Shown: piece after piece, positions 47,716-56,282 of the stretch
Position numbering within the stretch: position 1 is the first letter of the stretch
Layout of the letters: each line of letters opens with the position of its first letter
Virus record (IMG/VR): IMGVR_UViG_3300005663_000045
Location: 4,632-68,631 of that record
Source of the DNA: a virus
DNA: 64,000 nucleotides
Reading direction: 5' to 3' (one strand)
Program-made: the position numbers and the translations under genes
Notes under the pieces: model-generated
The model's database searches: none
The model's input: only the letters and a program-made list of their open reading frames with translations
What the model was told of the DNA's origin: nothing

Positions 47716-47876
47716 CGCGGCGTGGCGTAAACGGACAACGCCTGCCGAACTTTCCTGGTTGAGTAGGCCCCAAGCTGAACGACGCTGCGTAGTAACCCCT
47801 CTTCCGGGCGAAGCCAGCAGGATACGCGGGAAATGTGTTTCGGCAAGGATTGCGGGTTCGAGTCCCGCCGCCGCGA
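47716..47876 (+). ncRNA. tRNA-bodied RNA with a 93-nt insert replacing the anticodon loop
   Basis: CGCGGCG/CGCCGCG acceptor, U8, GCGT/ACGC D-stem with GG, TGCCG/CGGCA stem, GCGGG-TTCGAGT-CCCGC T-arm. Confidence 0.75.
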
Positions 47877-48284
47877 GTGAAAGGAGCATGAGATGAAGCA
47901 TGATTTCGAGATAACACATACGATGGCAACAAGGACGCTAGAGGGCTCTGCACCACATAGTTATTGGGGGCTTATGCACCGCGAAGCGGAGGGGGTCTGT
48001 AGGCGGTGCGGCGTGCGTGTGTGTGTCTCTAGCGACGGGATGACTGATGGTTTGGCTGAGGAAGAACTTCGGAAGGTATTTAGGCAGACAAATTGTAAGC
48101 CAAGAGGTTTTTGGCGGCGGTTGTGCTTTTGGGCAGGAGAATGAGATGAAAGAATCTAATGGGATTGACCTATTTGACGAAAAATACCGTATTCGTTTCC
48201 AATTGACTTGGGGGGCAATGATCTACTTCATGACGCCCCGGATTGACGGCCCGTACACGCTCATCAAGATGTAGGAGAATAAGT

Positions 48285-48497
48285 TTGCCGGTCAAGGACG
48301 ACCAAGACAATCCGTGGAACTTGCTGACAGAGCCGCAAAAGCGATGCGTCAAGCTATTGATTACTGAAGGATTATCGGTATCAGAAGCCGCGAAACAAGA
48401 GGGGGTGACGGCTCGCGCGATATACTACCGGATGCAGGGTATCGTCCAACGGTTCCCTGGTGCCAATCGCACACTCTATAGGAACCGCAAGTCATGA
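48285..48497 (+). CDS. Sigma70-region-4-like HTH protein, possible late activator
   Basis: LTEPQKRCVKL...EGLSVSEAAKQEGVTARAIYYR; AGGAG RBS, TTG start. Confidence 0.6.
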   Translation: MPVKDDQDNPWNLLTEPQKRCVKLLITEGLSVSEAAKQEGVTARAIYYRMQGIVQRFPGANRTLYRNRKS

Positions 48498-48768
48498 GAC
48501 CTTCACTTTCTGCCTAATTATAGAGGGGACTATGTATGTTGAAAGCGCGAGAAAATGGTTTTACGAGCAAAGATCCCGGGCTTCAAGCCCGTTAGACGAA
48601 CAACAAGCGTCGATCCGTTTGAGCTGAGCAAATGCGAAGATACTCGGCAAGCTAGGCCGGATGAAATTGTCACAGCGAAGATGGATGGGTGTTGTCCGAG
48701 GTGTGACGCTCCGGGAGATTTCTACTCCGACGGTGGTTTGTGCGTGAAATGCGGATTCAGCTACTAAT

Positions 48769-48948
48769 ATGTCACACGCCGAGAAATGCCCATTGTGCGA
48801 AGGAAGCGGAAGGGTAGATACCAACTACGCGGATCCTCGATGCCACGGCTGTGACGGTAAAGGCTGGATAGCAGTTGAGGACAACACACCAATGCCCTTC
48901 CCGGACATCAAGCCGCTTCGACAAGGTTTCCCAGCGCGCCTTGAATAA
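48769..48948 (+). CDS. 59-aa DnaJ-type Zn-finger mini-protein
   Basis: MSHAEKCPLCEGSG...CHGCDGKGW; below the ORF-track size cutoff. Confidence 0.65.
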   Translation: MSHAEKCPLCEGSGRVDTNYADPRCHGCDGKGWIAVEDNTPMPFPDIKPLRQGFPARLE

Positions 48949-49040
48949 TTTGAACTTTACGTCTTGGAGAGGGCGCAATGCTCCATATGCGACCCCCAGA
49001 GATGGGGCGCTGAGCCGCCAGCATTAACCACACCCCTGAG

Positions 49041-49301
49041 TTAAGTGGAAACCCGTATGACTTGGTTCCCGTCTGAATCGGTGTCCCATTCCCACGTGAG
49101 ATTATCAGTCCAAGTATGTGTGGACTGGTTGTAAGCGTGGAATTCTACAGACCCAGCAAAGCATGCACAGTCAGCACTCCTACATAACTTCTCTCTGAGC
49201 CATTGGAGTTGAGGGGCTGTAATCAGTCCTCCATCTTCCAGGCCTACTGTGACCTCAGTGTTGTGATGCGAGATGTAAGCTCTAACTGGAATGGTCAGCA
49301 T
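49041..49301 (-). CDS. Hypothetical protein inserted against the direction of its neighbours
   Basis: 86-aa minus-strand ORF lying between tRNA fragments. Confidence 0.5.
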   Translation of the reverse strand: MLTIPVRAYISHHNTEVTVGLEDGGLITAPQLQWLREKLCRSADCACFAGSVEFHAYNQSTHTWTDNLTWEWDTDSDGNQVIRVST

Positions 49302-49324
49302 ATTTCACACTGGGCACCATTATA

Positions 49325-49381
49325 TGGCAGAGCGCCGCTCCTGTAAAGCGGTGGTTGGGGGTTCGAATCCTCTCGCTGGCC
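49325..49381 (+). pseudogene. 5'-truncated tRNA-Thr(TGT)
   Basis: TGGCAGAGC, CCGCT-CCTGTAA-AGCGG, GGGGG-TTCGAAT-CCTCT, CGCTGGC; 5' acceptor and D strands missing locally. Confidence 0.65.
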
Positions 49382-49442
49382 TTGAAATAGAAACCAACAG
49401 TGCCAACCTAATCAGCTTGGTCATAAACAACACTACAGAGCC

Positions 49443-49517
49443 GGTGGCTGTGGCTCAATTGGCTAGAGCACTTGGTTGTGATCCAAGGGATTGAGGGCTC
49501 GAGCCCCTCCGGCCACC
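49443..49517 (+). tRNA. tRNA-His(GTG)
   Basis: G-1, GTGGCTG/CGGCCAC, C73, CTTGG-TTGTGAT-CCAAG; T-loop variant CTCGAGC; no CCA. Confidence 0.85.
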
Positions 49518-49519
49518 CG

Positions 49520-49925
49520 TTGTGTTGCAGAAGTGACGAAATATGAGTCACAACAGCCTTTGTGACTCATACGTGCAACTCAAGGCGTACGGATTTCCGG
49601 GAAAGCGGGCCGAAGTAAGCGTTTTACAGGGCTCGTAAGTGTTTTACACGCAGTAGAGACATAATTGAGCGCCGCCAGGTGGTCACCGAAAGACACCCTG
49701 ACTAATCAAGTGAAGCCGCGGTTAAAGTCAAAGCGGGCAGCAATCAGTAACTCAGGCAGCCGTTAGCAACCTAGTCCTGATAAACAAACAAAATCTAGGC
49801 TCTGCGCCACCCCGTGCGGTTGAATCAGTTGCCCGTCGCGACTTAATGCTCAAGAAGAGGGAAGATCAGGTTAGAACGGGGTCTACGAATAGCTATAAGG
49901 AATGCTTATAGTGTCGTAAGAGATT
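49520..49925 (+). ncRNA. Candidate ~400-nt structured ncRNA downstream of the tRNAs
   Basis: No ORF; hairpins TATGAGTCACAA/TTGTGACTCATA, CCTAG/CTAGG, CTATAAG/CTTATAG, TTGAGC/GCTCAA. Confidence 0.4.
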
Positions 49926-52743
49926 CTTATATGGCTCCTAAGATGCCGAGTTGTAAGGAAGTAGTTGCGAATCCCGGGCTCTGGGTGAAGATTCAAAGAG
50001 AACTGAGAAGCCTTCGGCTCCAGATCACCAACAAAGACATGATAATCGAGGATCTTCAAGATAGGATGTATGGCCTTAAGGACGAATGAGGCTGGAGGCC
50101 TTGTTTGGATACTGAGAATAATCTGTTATCCTACCCAAGCCCCCAATTGGTGAAATAAGGGGCGGGGATACGCGGATGGACTCTTTAGCCACCATTGGGA
50201 TAGTGCTTTTCGGCGTATGGGAGGCCCGCTGGTGGTTCCCGATCGCGTACTTGGCAGGCATGTACGGGTTGGTCTGATTGCTGCGTTGTGGGTGTGGATT
50301 AAGGGGCATCACGGATGAGCGATGGTTACTCGATACTAAAGCTGCTCAAAGAAAAACAGTTTGGGGCGTTCCGGGACATCACAGACGAAATGATCGAGGA
50401 TAGTGGCTTGGGGGTGGACGGGAAGAAGATACTCTATTCTGTCCGGGGGAACCTTTGGACAATCCAGGATGATCTTTATGGCACAGGGATGAAGTTTTTA
50501 GCGTGGTATGCGGTGAAGGACGTTTTGGCATCACTAGAGGCGATAGAATCCCAGGAGTCTCACGGATGAGCACAGGGATGTTCCAGCCTTGCATTCACTG
50601 CGGGAAACGGACGTTTGAGATCACTACTCTTAATGGCGAAGGCCCCCTTTGCCGGGCATGCCAAGAGGATTATCACGAGGCCTACATGCAACGCATGCGG
50701 AATCACCGGGAGGGACGAATGAGCAAACGCCCTATTTGTATCTGCTGTGGGCAGGAAACCGACAAGCACCATTCAGGCCTAGGCTTTTCATATAAGACCC
50801 ACTGGGTAAACGGCAAAGGCCCGTATTGCGAGTCATGTTCGGAGCATATTGCGTGTGTTCGAGCACCGAAGCGCACGGTTGAGGACGAATTGCAGCATTT
50901 CCTTACCTACGTTAGGGAATATTTCAGAAACGACTACGCCAAGGACAGCGACGGATGAGCGGCGAAGACTGGGCCACGGCGACCGAGACGCCTAAAGTTG
51001 GGGATGCTGTGGTGTTCGACGGCGGGCGTAGACGTTCTCTGAGCGATCTTAGCCCCGGTGACCTTGTAACTGATTGGCGGTTTGTCTACGTTGTTTGTGA
51101 GGATGGTAAGTTACGGATACCGAAGGAATGGCCTGTCTTTGAGGCAAACCAATTAGGTGAGGCTAGGATCATATACCCATTTACCCATTACGATATAAAG
51201 AGGGCGAATAATGGCTAACCGCATAAGTGACATTCCGCTCCTGGGCTGGGATCCGCCGCCCGAGTGCGTGCAGGCCCCCGCGCCGAAGCCTTACGAGTGG
51301 AAGGAGCCCTTACCCCCTGCGAGGCTGGTTGTGGAGCGAGCCCGAAGGACCGTTCATTTGGACAATACCGCCCAAATCACCCCGAAATCGGAATAATCAG
51401 CCTGCGAGGATTGCCTGTGAGCGACGAACGCGGGGTAAAAGGTAGTACGGGCCCGGATTTGGCCTTGCCCGCCTATAACGAACTGCGCTTGCAAGCAAAG
51501 CATTTGGTGACTTGCTACGGGCTTGACGTAGTCATGCGGATGCTGGCCATTCATGCAGGCGAGACCGCGAGTACCTACCAAGACCAAACAGCGATTGAGG
51601 CTTTTCGCCGCATACACCGCTGTGTAAAAGAGCTAGAGGCGCTGTACCACCGGAGATGAGTATGGATAAGTTTGACGAGAAGGCTTTTATGGCTCTCGCT
51701 GACACGCTATCTAGGCTACGCAAGGCCGAAGTTGCGGTCTGTGGGGAGCTTAAGGCGGCCTTGCCATCGCCACCTAGTGATTCTAAGTATGCCAAACCAG
51801 TAAGGTGTACAGATGCGGACGGCAAGGGTCTTACTTGCCGCCGCGTGCCGGATTCTGATGCTGGGAGAAGGGTTTGCCCTTTAGGGCTCCAGCTTGGCTT
51901 GCCGCCCTGGAATTTCCCTGGCAGCCGAAAGGCGAGTAAGCGAGAGGCCCGGTTAGTGATAAAATGGCGTGATTTATGGGACGGGATCTCCGAACTTAAG
52001 TGCACAATCGCGGGTTCTTTGCCACAAGATACTTGCGTTGTATACAAGGGTGAAGGTTACTGCGCAACAGGCGGCAGGGCATTAAATATCCGTGATGTGA
52101 TAGACGTCCCTCGCCTTCCCACCGGAGACGAAGATGATAATTGAACTCGAACAACCCAAAAACCTCCTATGCAATGATGCCCCACCGATCAGGGTTGGCT
52201 ATTCTATCAGGCTAAAGCCCGAATCGAATGACGACCATAGGCGCTGCGGGGCTGTGATAAACCAGCTAAGACAGCTGGGCGTCAATGTGCGAAAAAGCCT
52301 TCGCCAGGCAGATGTTTCAGGCCTTCCCCCCGACCATCGTTGGCGGCGGTACGAGGGCGACTATGCGTCGTTTGCTATCGACCTCGGGGAGTTGCCCGCC
52401 GATTCTCCCACCGGAGACGATAATGGCTAAGTACAAAAGGTCGCATACACAGGCTGCCGGGCAGACAATTCCCGATTGTCGCGTCTTAACTGCTGGAAGT
52501 AGCTGGGACGACGGTTCGACCATTGATGTCTGGCTTTTCCCTTCCGACCAGCGTACCCGCATACCTATCGCGGCTTTCCGCAAGTTTTGCGAAGAGGGCC
52601 TTGAGATCTGTGACGCGGCTGAGGCCCCCAAGCTTCGCGTCGCACCCACCGGAGACGAAGATCACCCCCTGGGCTTCCGCGAGGGGGATAAGATCTGGGT
52701 AAAATGGGCTTCGGAAGACGATCAACCTTCCGATTCTCCTGCC

Positions 52744-52851
52744 GTCAACAGTTAACCGATTCTAGGGCCACAAAACCCCTGCAAACAGGCTTACCTATTT
52801 TAACATTCAGGTGAGGGCGGGTCTTACCCCTTATTCAAAGTTAACTGTTAG
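52744..52851. repeat. 110-bp inverted-repeat element, copy 2
   Basis: GTCAACAGTTAAC...AAACCCCT..AAACAGGCTT.CCTAT.TTAACA...GTTAACTGTTA, colinear with 24711-24820. Confidence 0.85.
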
Positions 52852-52931
52852 TTAGGCCCTTAGAACGCATCCTCAGCGTTTTCTCGATTGTCACCTTTTG
52901 CCCTCAATATTGTCACCTTTTGAGACCATGA

Positions 52932-53213
52932 GTGAAACATTCCTTCCGCGGCAAATCCTACCGAGTACGCTTCCGCCAGTTTGCGCCCCACGAGCGGGAC
53001 GCCACTGGGCTGTGCCATTGGGATGAGAAGCTCATTGAAGTCGATAAGAACCGCTCGGGGAAAGTGTTGTTGGGGATATTGCTGCATGAGGGACTTCACG
53101 CTTGCCTCCCGGATCTTAACGAGGACGCCGTGGCCGAGACGGAGGAGAGTCTGGCGGGTCTTTTGTGGAAGTTGGGTTGGCGGAATGATAAACCACCGGA
53201 ACGAAAGGGATAG
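52932..53213 (+). CDS. Small HExxH metallopeptidase-like protein
   Basis: GLCHWDEKLIEVD...LLHEGLHA...EDAV. Confidence 0.65.
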   Translation: MKHSFRGKSYRVRFRQFAPHERDATGLCHWDEKLIEVDKNRSGKVLLGILLHEGLHACLPDLNEDAVAETEESLAGLLWKLGWRNDKPPERKG

Positions 53214-53434
53214 TCATGGACGAAAAGGTATTAGCGTGGATGAACTCTTTGCCGGACTACAGCAACTGGGCTTGGGAGTGCCCAAGCCGCTACGGCAAGC
53301 ATCACGAACTTCGTACCGAAGATGGTGTGTATACCGTATCAGGCTATTGCTGCACGACTCCCGCGGGAGCTATATCTTTTATCAGCAACGAACCGGGCAG
53401 TACACCCGAAAGGATAGCGTAACGAGGAACAACT

Positions 53435-54409
53435 ATGGGCGATTACGGTGGTGATATAGGCGTACCGAGGTACATAAGGGGCTCCCGGTCTCGGTGGCAA
53501 AGGATCCTCAGCGGAGCGACCTCTACAACGGCCTTGGCCGCGAGGGCGTGTACGGCCACTCTGGGGGCTGCGTCAACAGCCTCTTCGGGGATGATCTCGA
53601 CTGATGGCTTTACGGGTGTGCGCTTCATGTTCGGAGGCACTGATGCGGCCGACGAGAACACCACTTACCAAGTTACCTTGTGGTACGTCCACGAGCGCAC
53701 GACCACAGAGAACATATTTGTCCCCATAATCGTTGCGGCTGGGAATGCCCAGTTGGGTGCCTTGACCTATGCCGTGGCTGGTGCCATGGGTCCCGCGGCC
53801 AATCTGATCGCGGATACCATTACCGAGACCTTGGGATATGGCGGGACGAAATTGCGGGCCCACGCCGCCGATGCGATCGCCTTCCTTGAAGTGGCCACAC
53901 AGAACGCCGCGTTTATCGAGGTGGAGATCGACAAGAACGCAGGCGGCAACGAGGCCGCGACCATCGACGTGCACATGCAGCGAGGCGAATGGGGGAGTGG
54001 TGGTTTCGGCGATGATGCTGTTGACCTTCTCACCACGATTGACGCTGACACGAGCAATCTTGCGACCTATTCGGGTGCTGTCACGGGCGCGGGTATTACT
54101 TTTTCCCGTATATCACTGATAACCGCGGGTGCCGCGACGACTCAGCTTCTGGCGAAGACGGGATCTCAGACACAGCGTTTGCACGGATTAGCGGTTACCG
54201 TAAGCGCCGGAGCTTTGGTTGAGATTGAGGACAAAGATGCAGGCGTATTGGCTACGTGGAATTTGGGGGCCAATGGCGGCATAGTGATTCCTTTCAACAG
54301 GGATCCCGAGGCCGCCATTCAGCAAACTGTCGTCAATAAGGGTTTACAGATCGTCAACAGTGCCGGAAACCTGGGCGGCTACGCCTGGGTGTCTACATCG
54401 GCTGTTTAA
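53435..54409 (+). CDS. Virion structural protein (two beta domains)
   Basis: 324 aa, Ala/Gly/Thr-rich, GAGG RBS. Confidence 0.5.
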   Translation: MGDYGGDIGVPRYIRGSRSRWQRILSGATSTTALAARACTATLGAASTASSGMISTDGFTGVRFMFGGTDAADENTTYQVTLWYVHERTTTENIFVPIIVAAGNAQLGALTYAVAGAMGPAANLIADTITETLGYGGTKLRAHAADAIAFLEVATQNAAFIEVEIDKNAGGNEAATIDVHMQRGEWGSGGFGDDAVDLLTTIDADTSNLATYSGAVTGAGITFSRISLITAGAATTQLLAKTGSQTQRLHGLAVTVSAGALVEIEDKDAGVLATWNLGANGGIVIPFNRDPEAAIQQTVVNKGLQIVNSAGNLGGYAWVSTSAV

Positions 54410-54427
54410 GGAGTCTGAGGATAACAA

Positions 54428-55789
54428 ATGGCCGTTCAACGCAAAACCTACTATGCCAACCAAGCCAACTGGTCAGCCGCTAACGCCTGGGAATCCGTCG
54501 AAGGCGGAGAGGATGATACGGGACCCCCGGGCATAGGTGATACCGTCGTTCTCGCTTCCGGCGCTGGCCCTTGTACGTTGGATGAGAACTCCGCTGCTCT
54601 CGGCATTCTTGTAATGAATGGGTACAACAACACCCTAGCGATGGGGGTGAACTCCATCAGCGTTAATGGGGATGCGTCTCTCGACGGGACAATTACAGCG
54701 AGCGCTGGTGCTAATATGTATTTCTCCCAGAATTTCACCAAGGTAATAGGGATGACAGCGCTTCCGGCTGCGCTGAATATCGAGCTTGACGGCACTGGGA
54801 ACGTGGCGTGCAACGGGGTTGCGGGCGGGGCGCTGATAATCAATACCGCTGGCACACACACGGCGGTGGACGCAGGATTGTGGGATTCGTTTACGCTCAC
54901 GGCGGGGACGTACGTTGACGGAGGTTTCGCCCATACTATCACTGGGGCAGTTGACATGGGTGCGGGAGTCCTCACAGGTACGAGCATTTGGGCAATGACG
55001 GGGACCACAACCTTCAAGTCCTCTTTTGCCAACGCCATTCCGAAGGATTTGCGTGTCGACGGGACGGTGACAACGGTAAACCCTGCGTGCACCCGGAGAC
55101 TTTCGGGCACAGGGGAGGTTATCAGCGGAGGCGGTACTATAGCTCTAAGTATACCTAACCCGACGGTAGCGTGGTGGGGATTCACGGGTACGATGACCGC
55201 CCTGCTCACTGTGTTTATTACGAACGACGTAGGCCCCGGCTCAGATTTGACTTTAGCGAACAAGCTCCTCATTCGTGCCGAATCTGGGGGTAGTAGAACC
55301 CTCACGATGGATGGGAATACCTATGTTCCTCCGGGCCACAAGACAACTTTCGATGCTACGAGCGCAGGCACGAAGATGTCGGTCGTGTTCGGGGAATATA
55401 GCATCAATACTCCCGATCTTTGGCTTGGCGCTGCGGCTGGGGGGGCGGATAAAAGTGCTGGTGTTGACTTTGGGACAGCCGCCCACAAAATCACCAACCT
55501 CAAGAATCAACACGCGGATAATGTTAATTGTACTGTAGATTTCGGTTCTTCCTACATCGAAATCGGTACGGGCGGAACACTTGACGGCTCCGAAGGCGGT
55601 ACGGCTGACATTACTCCGACTTGCACAACTGGGGCATGTCATATCGTGGGCGGCGAAATAGCGAGGTGGGCGGACCCTACAGGCTTGGTTCACACCCACG
55701 ACACCACCGTAACAAACTGTCACGCTAACTACACCGACAGCACACACGCGCATCCCGGGACGTTGATGGGCATGGGCGTTGGAATCTAA
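54428..55789 (+). CDS. Beta-helix adhesin/tail-spike-like protein
   Basis: NWSAANAW...PG.GDTVV start, Gly/Thr-rich beta repeats. Confidence 0.55.
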   Translation: MAVQRKTYYANQANWSAANAWESVEGGEDDTGPPGIGDTVVLASGAGPCTLDENSAALGILVMNGYNNTLAMGVNSISVNGDASLDGTITASAGANMYFSQNFTKVIGMTALPAALNIELDGTGNVACNGVAGGALIINTAGTHTAVDAGLWDSFTLTAGTYVDGGFAHTITGAVDMGAGVLTGTSIWAMTGTTTFKSSFANAIPKDLRVDGTVTTVNPACTRRLSGTGEVISGGGTIALSIPNPTVAWWGFTGTMTALLTVFITNDVGPGSDLTLANKLLIRAESGGSRTLTMDGNTYVPPGHKTTFDATSAGTKMSVVFGEYSINTPDLWLGAAAGGADKSAGVDFGTAAHKITNLKNQHADNVNCTVDFGSSYIEIGTGGTLDGSEGGTADITPTCTTGACHIVGGEIARWADPTGLVHTHDTTVTNCHANYTDSTHAHPGTLMGMGVGI

Positions 55790-55868
55790 TCCCCCCGGGG
55801 CGCATCGTCGCTCCCCTGCGTAAAACCTGTGGTGACTAGGCCCAGGTGTCGCTGCGCCCCTTTGAATT

Positions 55869-56282
55869 ATGAATGTGGATACAAGAATACGCGATTTACA
55901 GGACTCCGTACCGCGAGAGGATGCTGAGGCGGTTCTTGAACCGGTAGTCGGGCCGCATGGCAGCGAATGGTTCGGCGACCGGCAGCATTACAGGGCGGAT
56001 TGCCAACAACTCCAGAAGGCCATCAAGGACCGCTGGCCAATGGAGACCGATTTTCGCCATCGGTTGCTCGATAGGTTGATGCTGATGGTTGAGAACTCCG
56101 ATAAGGAACGGCACATCTTGAGCGCTGCCCGGGCCTTGGCCAGTTTGGACAGAGACAATGTGGCGGCTAAGACTGGTGGCGGGAATGCTTCAGCAACTGC
56201 GGCCGTCCAGGTGAACGTAAACACGGGCAATGTAATTGACGACCTGCACGAGCGGATTGATGCGAGCAAGACACCGGGATGA
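55869..56282 (+). CDS. Probable terminase small subunit
   Basis: 137-aa helical ORF coupled directly to TerL. Confidence 0.5.
   Translation: MNVDTRIRDLQDSVPREDAEAVLEPVVGPHGSEWFGDRQHYRADCQQLQKAIKDRWPMETDFRHRLLDRLMLMVENSDKERHILSAARALASLDRDNVAAKTGGGNASATAAVQVNVNTGNVIDDLHERIDASKTPG

Noticed and set aside
47716-47876. tmRNA or group I intron-containing tRNA
   Set aside because: Has a paired D-arm, no G3-U70 alanine identity or evident tag ORF, and the insert is far too short for a self-splicing intron
49520-49925. Group I intron or RNase P RNA
   Set aside because: Conserved P7/J8-7 and GAGGAAAGTCC signatures were not found by eye
52793-52812. dif site (TTTTAACAT resembles an XerD arm)
   Set aside because: No matching XerC arm at the right spacing; better explained as part of the 110-bp element
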